Part shown: positions 1-10,081 of the stretch, in pieces
How the letters are laid out: each line of letters starts with the position of its first letter
How positions within the stretch are numbered: position 1 is the stretch's first letter
Position numbers and translations under genes: made by a program
Notes under the pieces: model-generated
What the model was told of the DNA's origin: nothing
Seen by the model: only the letters and a program-made list of their open reading frames with translations
Databases searched by the model: none
Source of the DNA: an uncultured Gemmatimonadales bacterium
GTDB taxonomy: Bacteria > Gemmatimonadota > Gemmatimonadetes > Gemmatimonadales > Gemmatimonadaceae
DNA length: 64,000 bases
NCBI GenBank assembly: GCA_963851265.1
Contig: CAWKNZ010000006.1
Coordinates: forward strand, 32,001 to 96,000
Direction of reading: 5' to 3'

Positions 1-2
1 TC

Positions 3-506
3 CAGACGACCCGGGGGCCGATCACCGTCGCGCTCCGACGGGCGTGGGCGCCGCACGGGGTCGATCGCGTGTACAACCTCGCACGCGCCGGCTACTTCGA
101 CGACTCGCGCTTCTACCGCGTCGTCGACGGGTTCGTCGCGCAGTTCGGCCTCGCTGGCGATCCGGCCATCGCGAGCGTCTGGAGCCGGGAGATGCTGCCG
201 CCGGACGCACGGCGCGCGTCGAACGCCCGCGGCACGGTCAGCTTCGCCCAGTTCAAGCCTGACGACCGCACGACGAACATTTTCATCAACCTGCGCGACA
301 ACGCAGAGCTCGACGCGCTTGGCTTCGCGCCGATCGGGCGTGTCGTCAAGGGGATGGATGTCGCCGCCCGCCTCTACGCCGGCTACGGCGAGCGGCCGAT
401 GGCGAAGGCGAATACGAAACGGTTGTACGACGAGTCCAACGCCTTCCTGGACGCGAAATACCCGAAGCTCGACCGAATCCGGAAGGTGACCGTCCGCGCG
501 CGCTGA
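3..506 (+). CDS. Cyclophilin-type peptidyl-prolyl isomerase (5' partial)
   Basis: Frame is open from the window edge (QTTRGPITVALRRAWAPHGVDR). Cyclophilin-like motifs FYRVVDGFVAQFG, SNARGTVSFA, RTTNIFINL, GFAPIGRVVKGMDV. Confidence 0.85.
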   Translation, partial: QTTRGPITVALRRAWAPHGVDRVYNLARAGYFDDSRFYRVVDGFVAQFGLAGDPAIASVWSREMLPPDARRASNARGTVSFAQFKPDDRTTNIFINLRDNAELDALGFAPIGRVVKGMDVAARLYAGYGERPMAKANTKRLYDESNAFLDAKYPKLDRIRKVTVRAR

Positions 507-560
507 GGCGGTCGCGAGGGTGGGCACCGCGTTTGATGTTGGCCGTCGGCTGCGGCCGCT

Positions 561-1107
561 TCAGTCACCCGCCGTCGGTGCGTCCAGCACCGTGATGCGC
601 CGCACCACCGGATCGACCGCGACGCGGCCCCCCAAGGACAGTACGAGCTGCGGGCTGGTGTACCCGACGTCCAGCTTCGCGACCACCGGCAGGTCCGCGC
701 GCCCGAACTCGGCCAGGGCTGACCACCCCGGCCGCGAGGTACGCGAGCAGCAGCACCGTGCTGTCCGAGAAACCGAGGAACGCCTTGGGTCGCGCGCGAA
801 TCAGATCGAGGTCGAGGTGCGGGAGCAGGCGCACCGCGTCGTCGCCGCCGATCGTGCTCACGATCGCGCGCACGTCCGGGTGCTGGAGCGCCCAGTGCAG
901 GTCGGCGGCGCGTGCTTCGGGGTGGCTGCGCAGCCACGCGTCGTCGGCGAGCGCGTGCGGCGCCTCGATGATCGTCAGGCCGAACGCGTCTTCCAGCTGC
1001 CGCCTGCGCTGGGCGTAGCGCGCGGGGAGCGCGGCGGCCAGCCCGCTCGAGAGGGAAACGGCCGCCACCGTCTCGGCGGCGTGAAGGGTCGGGGGCCGCT
1101 GCCACAC
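561..1107 (-). pseudogene. S66 (LD-carboxypeptidase/MccF-like) peptidase remnant with internal deletion and frameshift
   Basis: The N-half has STIGGDD and FLGFSDST. Near 720 it jumps into another frame encoding the family C-terminus LPVVAKLDVGYTSPQLVLSLG, where GYT replaces the usual GHT. Confidence 0.8.
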
Positions 1108-1304
1108 GCCGACGAATGTACGGCGCGTGCGCCTTCGATGGCGCGGGACTCACGTTCCGCGTCGGCGGCAACACGACGACGCCGGAGTCGTCACCCGCGC
1201 CGGCGCACGATCGGTGTCGACAGGTGGCCGAGCGTGTATCAGCTTCCGGCCGCCGCGCCGCTCGGTCCCTGCCATGCCTTCCCGCCCCACTGCACGAGAG
1301 AGTC

Positions 1305-2246
1305 GTGACCGTCACCGCGTGGCTGCTGAATTCCGACCCGTCGATCCGGTGGCAGGTGCTGCGCGACCTGACCGACGCACCTGCGGCGGAGGTCGCGGCC
1401 GAGCGGGCCAGGGTCGCCCGCGAGGGCGCGGGCGCGCAGCTCCTCGCGCTGCAGGCGACGGACGGCCGGTGGGGGGGCGCGGCGTGGAACCGCGGCTGGG
1501 ACTCGACGATGCACGTCCTCTGGCTGCTCGCCCAACTGGGGCTCGACCCCGCGGGCGCGGAAGCACGGCGCGCGGTGCAACGCGTGCGCGACCAGGTCAC
1601 CTGGGAGGGCTGCGGCCCGCCGACGTGCGCCGGCAACGCGTTCTTCGCCGGCGAGGTCGAGCCGTGCATCAACGCGCAGGTCGTGGCGGCCGGCGCCTAC
1701 TTCGGCCAGGACGTCCACGGCCTCGTGGACCGGCTGCTCGGCGAGCAGCTACCCGACGGCGGCTGGAACTGCGAGGCCCCCCACCGCTCCGCGCGCGGGT
1801 CGTTCAACACGACCGTTTGCGCGCTGGAGGCGATGCTCGAGTACGAGCGCGCGCACGGCGGTTCGGCCGTGACCGCGGCGCGCCTCCGCGGACAGGAATA
1901 CCTCCTCGAGCGCCGGCTCCTCCGGCGGCGCTCGAGCGGTGCGGTGATCGCGAGCGATCGGAAGGGCGGCGGCGCCTGGAGCCAGTTCGCCTTCCCGCCC
2001 TGGTGGCGCTATGACGTGCTGCGCGGCTTGGACTACCTGCGCCGCGCCTCCGCCGCGCCGGACGAACGGGCTGCCGAGGCGGTCGCGTTGGTCGCGTCGA
2101 AACGCGACGGCAGCGGACGGTGGCCGCTCGACGTCCGGTACCCCGGCCGCCTGCCGGTCGAGCTGGACGAGCGTGAAGGCCACCCGAGCCGGTGGAACAC
2201 GCTGCGCGCGCTGCGCGTACTCCGGTGGTACGGGCGGGCGGCCTGA
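1305..2246 (+). CDS. Prenyltransferase/squalene-cyclase-like alpha/alpha-barrel hypothetical protein
   Basis: WLLNSDPSIRWQVLRDL N-terminus. QW-like repeats QATDGRWG, QLPDGGWNCE, RDGSGRWPL. C-terminal PSRWNTLRALRVLRW. Confidence 0.75.
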   Translation: MTVTAWLLNSDPSIRWQVLRDLTDAPAAEVAAERARVAREGAGAQLLALQATDGRWGGAAWNRGWDSTMHVLWLLAQLGLDPAGAEARRAVQRVRDQVTWEGCGPPTCAGNAFFAGEVEPCINAQVVAAGAYFGQDVHGLVDRLLGEQLPDGGWNCEAPHRSARGSFNTTVCALEAMLEYERAHGGSAVTAARLRGQEYLLERRLLRRRSSGAVIASDRKGGGAWSQFAFPPWWRYDVLRGLDYLRRASAAPDERAAEAVALVASKRDGSGRWPLDVRYPGRLPVELDEREGHPSRWNTLRALRVLRWYGRAA

Positions 2247-2300
2247 CGGATGCCTAACGCACGGCCGCGTCCGCGCGCGGGCCCTTGACCGGAGTTCCGG

Positions 2301-2500
2301 ATGCGTCGTGTCGCCGTGTTAGGCCTTGGCGCGATGGGCGTGCGCACGGCACGGCGCCGTGGCGGGGCTCGCGGCCGGCGCCCTCGCGGTGGAGTCGAGC
2401 ACGGTAACGCCGACGTGGGTCCGCGAGCTCGGCGGGCACGTCGCTGCGCGCGGGGCGGTGCTGCCGGACGCGCCCGTCGTGGGCGCGCGCCCGTGCGTCA
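2301..2500 (+). pseudogene. 3-hydroxyisobutyrate dehydrogenase-like (beta-hydroxyacid dehydrogenase) remnant
   Basis: The Rossmann start MRRVAVLGLGAMG is followed, in another frame, by ALAVESSTVTPTWVREL...DAPVVGARP. The middle and C-terminus are missing. Confidence 0.7.
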
Positions 2501-3349
2501 GGACGACGGCGCGACACGCGCGCGGCAGCGGCGGAGGAACTCCGCCTGGAATCCGGGATCGGCGAGCGCCGGCGGCAGCACCTGCACCTTGCCGCCCGAG
2601 ATCGAGATCCCGCTCCGCCCCTGCCACCCCGGCGACAGCGCGGCGTCGACGATTTTCCGCGCGCTCTTGGCGGGCGACGGGAGCGCCCAGGAGAAGATGC
2701 GCATCCACCACGGCGTCCCCGCGCCTTTCGTGAGGCGGGTGCGGGTCGGGCCGGGATCGGCCGTGCGGATCGCGATCGCGTCGGCGCCTAACTCCGGCGC
2801 GAGCGCGGCCGTGAGCACGTTCAGCGCCTGCTTGGACCGCACGTACGGTCCGAAGAGCTTGCTGAACTCGCGCGGTTTCACCAGCTCATCCCAGTCGAGG
2901 CTCGTCGCGCGGTCGGCGATGCCCGCAGACGTGCTGACGATCGTCGCACCATGCGCCCGCGCGAGGGCGGGCCGCAGGTGGTCGATGAGCTGCAGGGGCG
3001 CGAGCGTGTTGACCTCGAAGTGCAGCTCGTTCCCGTTCGCGGACATCTGCAGCGTCTCGGTCAGCACGCCCGCGTTGTTGAACAGGTAGTCGACCGCGGG
3101 ATACCGGGCGACGATCTCCGCGCCGACGCGCCGCAGATCGTCGTGATTCGCGAGGTCGGCCGCGAACACGTCCCGCACGGCCCCGGGCGTCGCGCGATTC
3201 ACCCCCTCCGCGAACGCTTCCGCCTTCTTGCGGTCTCGCTCCAGCAGCACGAGCGCGATCCCGCGCTCCGCGAGCAGCGTGGTGAGCGCGGCGCCGATGC
3301 CGCCGGATGCGCCGGTGACGACGGCGAGGCGTGGACTCCCTGATGGCAT
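2498..3349 (-). CDS. SDR family oxidoreductase
   Basis: VVTGASGGIG, LFNNAG, YVRSK (YxxxK), DPGPTRT. Confidence 0.9.
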   Translation of the reverse strand: MPSGSPRLAVVTGASGGIGAALTTLLAERGIALVLLERDRKKAEAFAEGVNRATPGAVRDVFAADLANHDDLRRVGAEIVARYPAVDYLFNNAGVLTETLQMSANGNELHFEVNTLAPLQLIDHLRPALARAHGATIVSTSAGIADRATSLDWDELVKPREFSKLFGPYVRSKQALNVLTAALAPELGADAIAIRTADPGPTRTRLTKGAGTPWWMRIFSWALPSPAKSARKIVDAALSPGWQGRSGISISGGKVQVLPPALADPGFQAEFLRRCRARVAPSS

Positions 3350-3356
3350 GCCGCGC

Positions 3357-3788
3357 TCACCCGGCCGGCGTGGCGCCGGCGGCGCGGAGCTGCTGCTGCA
3401 CGCCGAAGAAGTCCTCGAGGTGCCAGGTGCGGACGATCCGGCCGTCCTTCACGGTGTGGAACTCCATCGTCATGAGCTCGATGCGGGCGCCGGGCGCGAA
3501 CAGGCCGAGGAACGGGCCGCGCTGCACGCCGCGGAGCGTGTTGCGGCAGGCGACCACGTCGCCGCAGTCGTAGATCTCCTCGACCGTATAGGAGATGTCG
3601 GAGAGCACGCCGTGCAGGTAGGCAATGGCCTGCGATTCGCCCGCGCGGGTGCCGGGCATGCCGAAGAGCGCGGGCTTGAGCTCCCAGCCGTCGGCGAGCA
3701 CGTCGTCGAACCGCGACACGTCGCCGCTCGCGAAGATGGCGTAGAACTGCCGGACGACGTCCTGACGCGACGTGGATGTGTCAGTCAT
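3357..3788 (-). CDS. SnoaL-like ester cyclase / NTF2-fold protein
   Basis: 143 aa with RGVQRGPFLG and FHTVKDGRIVRTWHLED. Confidence 0.85.
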   Translation of the reverse strand: MTDTSTSRQDVVRQFYAIFASGDVSRFDDVLADGWELKPALFGMPGTRAGESQAIAYLHGVLSDISYTVEEIYDCGDVVACRNTLRGVQRGPFLGLFAPGARIELMTMEFHTVKDGRIVRTWHLEDFFGVQQQLRAAGATPAG

Positions 3789-4386
3789 GGGAATCGGGCT
3801 GGGGGACGGGGGACCGGTCGAGCGCGCGCTCGATCCGCGGGTCGGGGACGAACCAGAGCAGCGCGCCGGCGAGGTAGCACGCGTCGGCGAGCCAGGGCCG
3901 CACGAACGCGAGCGCGATCGCGGCGACGTTGAGCGCGAGCGAGACCGCGCCCTTGCGGTCGTCGCGCATCGCGCGGTCGAGCGCCGAGCCGGAGCCCGCC
4001 AGTGTGCGGAGCCGCGCCTGCAGGAGGAGGAAGGCGACGGCGGCGAGGAGCAGGACGACGCCGTAGGTCGCGGTCGGGACCGACGCCGTGTAGTGCTCGC
4101 CCATCCAGGCGGTCGCGAACGGGACGAGCGACAGCCAGAAGAGCAGGTGCAGGTTGGCCCAGAGCGCGACGCCGTCGACGCGCGGCGTCGCCTGCAGCAG
4201 GTGGTGGTGCGCGTTCCAGTAGATGCCGAGGAACACGAAGCTGAGCACGTAGCTCAGCAGCGTCGGAACCGCGCCGCCGAGCGCGGCGAGGTCCGCACCG
4301 CGCGGGGCGTGAAGCTCGAGCACCATGATCGTGATCAGGATCGCGATCACGCCGTCGGTGAACGCTTCGAGGCGCTGCTTGGTCAC
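3781..4386 (-). CDS. TMEM175 family potassium channel
   Basis: Signature RLEAFTDGVIAILITIMVLEL and YWNAHHHL with six hydrophobic segments. The GTG start overlaps the upstream TGA. Confidence 0.92.
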   Translation of the reverse strand: MTKQRLEAFTDGVIAILITIMVLELHAPRGADLAALGGAVPTLLSYVLSFVFLGIYWNAHHHLLQATPRVDGVALWANLHLLFWLSLVPFATAWMGEHYTASVPTATYGVVLLLAAVAFLLLQARLRTLAGSGSALDRAMRDDRKGAVSLALNVAAIALAFVRPWLADACYLAGALLWFVPDPRIERALDRSPVPQPDSHD

Positions 4387-5165
4387 CGGCGCGCGGCAGT
4401 GACGACGAAGGCCCGGGCGAGCGGGCGATCCTCGGTCGCGGTCGTGCCCGCGGCGTGCTCGAACGCCTCGCCCGCCTCGTCGCCACACGGCGTCTCGGCG
4501 CGCGGGTGCACGCGCAGCACGTAGGCGCCGGGCCGCCACGCGCCCTCGGGGCTGAACTGCCACGTGCGCTCGCCGTCCGCGAGGCGCGCGCGTCCGGCGA
4601 GCCGCGCCCCGCGCGCGTCGGCGACGGCGATCAGGTCGGCCGCGTGAACGTCGATCGGAGCTGACAGGCGGACCAGCAGCGGCTCGCGCGCGTGCGCGCG
4701 CGGCGCGCGGAGCTCCCACGCCCCGGGGTCCAGCGGCGCGCACCCGCCCGACGCGACGCGCCACCGCTTCACGACGCGCCCGGCGACGGCCAGCGTCACG
4801 GTCTCGCCCGGCACCAGCGCCCAGCCGCGCTGCTCGTGCGACTGCAGGCCCGTCTTCACGCGCCCCGGCCGAAAGAGCAGCGTGAGAAGCGTGCCGTCGG
4901 GCGACCAGAGCGCGTCGGGCAGCAGCGCGTCGCTCAGCCGCGCCTCGCCGGTGGCGTCGCCGTCGGACGTGTGCAGCGCCACCGCGTCGCGGACCGACGC
5001 GGCCGGCGGGCGCGCGAACCGGATGCTGATCCGCAGCAGGCGTTCCGGAACGACGTCGCCCGACGGGTAGACGCCGCGCACCGCAGTGCGCGAGAGCGCC
5101 GCGCTCGCCGGCGGAGCGGCCTGTCCGACGAGCGCGCCGGCGAGCAGCCAGGCCCACGGCGTCAC
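4383..5165 (-). CDS. Secreted hypothetical protein with two Ig-like (Big_5-like) modules
   Basis: Signal-like N-terminus. VYPSGDVVPERLLRISIRF, LWSPDGTLLTLLFRPGRVKTG, WQFSPEGAWRPGAYVL. GTGA coupling to the upstream gene. Confidence 0.7.
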   Translation of the reverse strand: MTPWAWLLAGALVGQAAPPASAALSRTAVRGVYPSGDVVPERLLRISIRFARPPAASVRDAVALHTSDGDATGEARLSDALLPDALWSPDGTLLTLLFRPGRVKTGLQSHEQRGWALVPGETVTLAVAGRVVKRWRVASGGCAPLDPGAWELRAPRAHAREPLLVRLSAPIDVHAADLIAVADARGARLAGRARLADGERTWQFSPEGAWRPGAYVLRVHPRAETPCGDEAGEAFEHAAGTTATEDRPLARAFVVTAARR

Positions 5166-6463
5166 GGCTTGACGAGCTGCGGGAAGCCTTCCTCGCGCTT
5201 GAGCATGTTCTGCGCGGGCTTGATGGACCGCTGCTGGAACTCGCCCGCGTACCGGTAGTCGGGGAACATGTACTCCGAGAGGTCGAGGTCCGAGAGTCGG
5301 AAGCCCGCCGACTTGTCGACCGAGACGAGTTGCGCGTGTCCGGTCGCGAGGTCGCGGCGCAGCGCGACGAGGAAGCGCGGACTCTGGTCGGCGACGCGCA
5401 GGATGCTCCCCATCGACGCGGCGACCGACCGCACGCCCTCGGAGGTGCCGAAGGCGACCGGCGTGGCGTAGCCCGGCTTCCGGTGCGCCTCGGCGATCGA
5501 CGCGAGCGGGATCACGTCGGACGGGCGGTTGAGGTTCGCGACGAGCACCATCGACTGCGCGGCACCGCCGGCGGACGCGGGCATGGTGAACGGGACGATG
5601 TTCACCGGCAGGCCCGCGTCGCCGAGTTCGGCGATCGTCTTCGCGGTCACGTGTGCGCCGTCGCGGAGCGCCGCGACCGGGATGGTGACGAGCGGCGTGC
5701 AGACGTACGCCGCGAGCAGCACCGGCTCGCCGTCGATCTCCGTGAAGGCCATCGCGCGGATCGGCGCGCGGGTCTCCATCTGGTTGTGCGACGTGTGATA
5801 CATCTCGACCGACGCCATCGCCCGCCCGCCGGCGCCGAAGGGGTAGGGGAGGATGCGGAGCGTCGACGCGAAGGCCTGGTTGGACAGGCCCGCCACGTAC
5901 AGGCGGCCGTCGTGCCACCGCAGGTCGGTGACGGTGAAGCTGCGGTCGGGGACGGAATCCCAGAACTTCGTGAGGCTGGTCGGGGGCCGGTCGAGCGCGG
6001 CCGACGTCCTCGGCAGGTGGGCGAGATCGAGGCGCCGCACCGAGCCGTTCGCCGCGACGACCACGACGGCGGGCGTGCGCGCGGGCCCGACCGAGGCCGC
6101 AACGTACAGCTCCCCGCCGTGGGGGCGCGCGGCAAGGTCCTCGAGGGTGACGTCCGGCGTCCCGAGCGCCCGCCGGAGCGGCGTCTCGAGGTCGCGGACG
6201 TTGAACGGCACGGCCGTGTCGGCGCGCGACGCGGGGAGCGTGAACGCGTGCACGCGCGCCAGCTTCCAGTCGGCGAGGAACAGCACGTCGTCGGGGCCGA
6301 AGGCGATCCGCGAGACGGAGGCCGGCGCGGGGTCGGGCGCGGGCGCCGCGTGGCGCCTAACGACCGCGGGGGTGGGCCGGTGCGCGCCGTCGCCGGCGCG
6401 GCGCGGCGCGGCGTGGGGCGTGACGGGCAGGGCGAGCGTCGAACCGAGCAGGAATGACAGCAT
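5162..6463 (-). CDS. Secreted hypothetical protein, probable beta-propeller
   Basis: Signal peptide, then IAFGPDDVLFLAD, VTDLRWHDGRLYVAGLSNQAFAS, VEMYHTSHNQMETRAPIR, AAYVCTPLV. An alternative GTG start lies at 6478. Confidence 0.75.
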   Translation of the reverse strand: MLSFLLGSTLALPVTPHAAPRRAGDGAHRPTPAVVRRHAAPAPDPAPASVSRIAFGPDDVLFLADWKLARVHAFTLPASRADTAVPFNVRDLETPLRRALGTPDVTLEDLAARPHGGELYVAASVGPARTPAVVVVAANGSVRRLDLAHLPRTSAALDRPPTSLTKFWDSVPDRSFTVTDLRWHDGRLYVAGLSNQAFASTLRILPYPFGAGGRAMASVEMYHTSHNQMETRAPIRAMAFTEIDGEPVLLAAYVCTPLVTIPVAALRDGAHVTAKTIAELGDAGLPVNIVPFTMPASAGGAAQSMVLVANLNRPSDVIPLASIAEAHRKPGYATPVAFGTSEGVRSVAASMGSILRVADQSPRFLVALRRDLATGHAQLVSVDKSAGFRLSDLDLSEYMFPDYRYAGEFQQRSIKPAQNMLKREEGFPQLVKP

Positions 6464-6642
6464 GGGCGAGCGCGGCACGCGGCACTGGGGTGGTGTCGTC
6501 CCGCGGCGCGAGACGGAGGACGTGAGTCGCCGGACGCGGGACTACCGGCGCCATATTGCGTCATGGCGGCGATCCGAGCGAGGTCAGAATGAGCGGCGTG
6601 CTGGTCGAAACGGGACAGCGGCGGATCGGGCTGCACGGCCGC

Positions 6643-7554
6643 ATGCGCCGTGTGCCCGGCCTGGGCGCGATCCCGACGATGGTCTACAGTCACCCGCGCG
6701 GGCCGGCGTTCGAGGTCGACGCGTTCCGGCGCGGGTGGCTCATGCGCGCCGGCGCGCGCGGCGCCTGCAACCTCGTGCTGCCGCAGCGGCCCAACTTCCA
6801 CCTGTTCATCCTGCCGGCCACGGGCACGGTCGCGCACGCGGTCGACTTCGTGGACTACTGCTGCGCGCCCGGCACGCTGCTGCACGTGCGTCCCGGGCAG
6901 GTGCACCGGTGGACGCCGTGCGACGTGATGGACGCGATCTGCGTGATCTGCGGGCCGTCGTTCCTCACGCGCACCACGGTGCGGGGTGACCTGCTGCGCG
7001 ACGACGCCGAACACCCGGTCCCGCTGGTCACCTGGCCGACGCTGTTCACGCTCACGCCCGACGTCCACGAGCAGCTGGGCCGCGTGTTCGAGCTCGTGCT
7101 GGCGCACCACGAGGCCTCGACCGACGCCACGCGGTCCGCGCCCTTCCTGCGCCAGCTCGTGCAGGCCGCGTTCGTGCTCCTGACGCAGGCGGCGGCCGAC
7201 GCCGACCCGACGGTCCCCCGGGGCACGCGCGAGCTGTTCGAACGCTTCGTGCGGCTGCTCGACGCGCGGTACGCGACGGCGCGCGACGTGGCCGGCTACG
7301 CCGCGGCGCTCGCCGTCGCGCCCCGGACGCTGACGCGCGCCTGCGAGGCCGCGAGCGAGCGGACCGCGAAGGCGCTCATCGACGACCGGGTCGCGGTCGA
7401 GGCCAAGCGGCTGCTGGCGTACTCGTCGCTCTCGATCGCCGAGGTGGCGGCGCACCTGAACTTCTCGGAGCCGACGAACTTCGTGAAGTTCTTCCGGCGG
7501 ACCGCGGGCGAGTCACCCACGCGCTTCCGGCAGCGCGAGACGCGGGAGACCTGA
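6643..7554 (+). CDS. AraC family transcriptional regulator
   Basis: Cupin-like N-domain (LLHVRPGQVH) and C-terminal AKRLLAYSSLSIAEVAAHLNFSEPTNFVKFFRR. Start is uncertain (6589/6643/6679). Confidence 0.9.
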   Translation: MRRVPGLGAIPTMVYSHPRGPAFEVDAFRRGWLMRAGARGACNLVLPQRPNFHLFILPATGTVAHAVDFVDYCCAPGTLLHVRPGQVHRWTPCDVMDAICVICGPSFLTRTTVRGDLLRDDAEHPVPLVTWPTLFTLTPDVHEQLGRVFELVLAHHEASTDATRSAPFLRQLVQAAFVLLTQAAADADPTVPRGTRELFERFVRLLDARYATARDVAGYAAALAVAPRTLTRACEAASERTAKALIDDRVAVEAKRLLAYSSLSIAEVAAHLNFSEPTNFVKFFRRTAGESPTRFRQRETRET

Positions 7555-7591
7555 CGGGCGGGACGGCCGCATCCCGCGGCCGCCCGCGCCG

Positions 7592-10081
7592 TCAGAAGGT
7601 GCTGCCGAGCGTGACGAAGAGCTGCCGCGGCGCGCCGGTCAGCAGCGTCGCGTAGTCGCCCGCCGTGGTGAACCCGTTCGTTCCCACCGTGCTGACGTAG
7701 CGGCGGTCGAACAGGTTGTTCGCGTTCACCTGCACGTCGAGCGCGCGCAGGCGCCCGTACGGCCCGAAGCGGTAGCGCGCGTTGAGGTCGGCCACCGCGT
7801 ACGCCGGCGCGTAGCCGCCGCCGGCCACCGTGCGCCCGTCGTAGGTGACGAGGTCGTTGGTGTAGGTGAAGAAGCGCTTGTCGACGTAGCGCCCGACCAC
7901 CGCCGCGTAGAGCCGGTCGGCCGAGTACCCGACCGACGTGCTGCCCAGGAAGCGCGGGGCGTCGACCACGTTCTTGCCCCGGGTCGGCACGTTGGACGTC
8001 GGGTCGTTCTGGACGGCGAGGTAGTCGCTCTGGTAGGTCGACGCGTTGTACGACGCGGCGGCGTAGAAGCGGAAGCCCGCGGGCAGCGCGGTGTTGAGCA
8101 GCCCCTCCACGCCCCGGGTGTGCACCGAGCCGACGTTGCCGAAGCCCGTCGCGCAGGTCACCGTCTGCGGGCAGAGCGAGACGCCTAACAGCCGGTTCCG
8201 GTAGTCGACGAGGTACCCGGTGAGCCCGGCCTCGACCGGCCCGCGCCGCGTGCGCACGCCCCCCTCCACCGTCGTCGACTTCTCGGGGTCGACGCGGCTC
8301 AGGTAGGGGAACGTCGCCGGGCTCGCGTTGTACACGCCCCCGGCGGGGCTGTACGGGAACTGGTTGACGTTGACCGCGAAGTTGGCGAACAGCTCCTCGG
8401 CGCCCGTGGCGCGGAACACCGCGCCGACCTGCGGCAGCAGGCCGCCCTTGGTCGCCAGCGAGAACGCGGGGCGGCTGACGTCGGCGAAGACCGGCGCGAC
8501 GACACCGTTGGTCGGGGTGTTCCCCTGGTTCGTGAAGTCGGCGCCGACGTGCAGGTACTTGGCGCCGTAGGTGACCGCGAGCCGGTCGTCGAGGGCGCGC
8601 GTCGTGTTCTGGGCGTAGAGCAGCGTGGTGCCGAGCGCGGCGTGCCGGTCGAAGTCGAGGCGCAGTGGATCGCCGAAGTTCACGTCGGGGCCGGTCGCGT
8701 AGTTCACCAGGCGCCAGCGCGGCCGCCGGATGTCGTCGCGGTTGGACTCGAGCCAGGTGCCGACCTCGAAGCGGTTGGTCGTCGCGCCCACGGCGAAGGG
8801 GTCGGTCGCGAGTCGCGCCGTCGCGCCGAACCGCGTGTCGTGGTACTGCGTCTGCCGGAACATGATCGGGTCGGGCGAGTACGCCGCGCCGTAGCTCGGC
8901 GCGTGCCAGTCGCCGCCGCCGTGGTCGACGTGCACGTACGGCTGTACCGTCAGCTGCAACCCGCCGCCCAGCGCGAACTCCCCCCTGAGGTACGCGAGGT
9001 GGTCCTGGCGCGCCCCCTGCGCCGACCAGTAGTACGAGACGTCGGTGAGCGGGTTGTAGGTCTTCGCGTTGCTCAGCTCGGCCAGCTGCTTCGCCTGCGC
9101 CCAGCTGCCGAGGTAGTCGAAGTTGGGCCCGAGCGAGAACCCGGGGGCCTGCACCTGGCCGTTGAAGACGCCGAGCGACAGGTCCATGTAGTCGCTCTCC
9201 TTGCGGCTCGCGAAGTCGTAGAAGGCCGTGACCCGCTGCCGGCCGATGGTCAGGAGCGCCTTGGCGTTGAGCTGGTCCTGCCACTGCTCGCCCGCGCGGC
9301 CGAAGAGGCCGCGCTGCCCCAGGAGGAACGACGTCTGCCCCGGGAAGCTCGAGTAGCGTTCGCCCCCGGACTTCCACTTGTCGGTGTCGAAGCGCGAGTA
9401 GGACAGGTAGCCGAGGAGCGCGCCCGCCCCCTCGCCGAAGGTGGCGAGGCCGTTGTCGTAGCGCAGCGTCGTGCGCCGCGCCTGGTACTGCCCGCCCATC
9501 TGCTGCACGAAGAACGTGCGCTGCGCGAGCGGATTCTCGGTGGCGTACTGCACGACGCCCCCGAGGTTGTTGGCGCTCGCCGTGCCGAGCGCGCCCGCGC
9601 CCTGCGCGACCGTGGTCGAGCTCAGGTTGCTCGGGTCGGCCGCGCGCCCCACGCCGAGGCCGTTCCAGTTGCCGTACGACATGTCGCCGAGCGGCACGCC
9701 GTCGAGGGTCTGGCCGATCTGCTGCGTCTGGAAGCCGCGGATCGTGACCCGGTTGGACCATTCGTACATCCCGAAGCCGTCGGCGTTCTGGACGTTCACG
9801 CCGGGGAGTTGCTCGATGACCTTGAGCGCGCTCGTCCCGGGCGGCGCGGCGTGGATGCGGGTCGAGTCGACGGCCGCCGCGCTGCGTGCGAGGCCGCGCC
9901 CCGAGACGGCCGTGACCGTGACGCCGGTCAGGCGCGTGACGCTGTCGCGCCGCGTCCCGGCAGGGCGCGGGGCGCCGGCGGTGTCGGTGCGGGCTGGCTG
10001 CTGAGCGCGGGCGTCGGCGGGCGCGAGGGCGAGCCGGGCGCCCGCGAGGGCCGCCGCAGCGACGAGCGAGGAGGTGCGCAT
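7592..10081 (-). CDS. TonB-dependent outer-membrane receptor
   Basis: Signal peptide, TonB-box-like VTVTA, plug LPGVNV...IRGF, barrel end NANNLFDRRY...PRQLFVTLGSTF with a terminal Phe. Confidence 0.93.
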   Translation of the reverse strand: MRTSSLVAAAALAGARLALAPADARAQQPARTDTAGAPRPAGTRRDSVTRLTGVTVTAVSGRGLARSAAAVDSTRIHAAPPGTSALKVIEQLPGVNVQNADGFGMYEWSNRVTIRGFQTQQIGQTLDGVPLGDMSYGNWNGLGVGRAADPSNLSSTTVAQGAGALGTASANNLGGVVQYATENPLAQRTFFVQQMGGQYQARRTTLRYDNGLATFGEGAGALLGYLSYSRFDTDKWKSGGERYSSFPGQTSFLLGQRGLFGRAGEQWQDQLNAKALLTIGRQRVTAFYDFASRKESDYMDLSLGVFNGQVQAPGFSLGPNFDYLGSWAQAKQLAELSNAKTYNPLTDVSYYWSAQGARQDHLAYLRGEFALGGGLQLTVQPYVHVDHGGGDWHAPSYGAAYSPDPIMFRQTQYHDTRFGATARLATDPFAVGATTNRFEVGTWLESNRDDIRRPRWRLVNYATGPDVNFGDPLRLDFDRHAALGTTLLYAQNTTRALDDRLAVTYGAKYLHVGADFTNQGNTPTNGVVAPVFADVSRPAFSLATKGGLLPQVGAVFRATGAEELFANFAVNVNQFPYSPAGGVYNASPATFPYLSRVDPEKSTTVEGGVRTRRGPVEAGLTGYLVDYRNRLLGVSLCPQTVTCATGFGNVGSVHTRGVEGLLNTALPAGFRFYAAASYNASTYQSDYLAVQNDPTSNVPTRGKNVVDAPRFLGSTSVGYSADRLYAAVVGRYVDKRFFTYTNDLVTYDGRTVAGGGYAPAYAVADLNARYRFGPYGRLRALDVQVNANNLFDRRYVSTVGTNGFTTAGDYATLLTGAPRQLFVTLGSTF

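Noticed and set aside
2498..3788. Polyketide or terpene biosynthetic cluster (SnoaL + SDR + cyclase-like gene)
   Set aside because: No PKS, NRPS or prenyl synthase is present. These folds are common as stand-alone genes.
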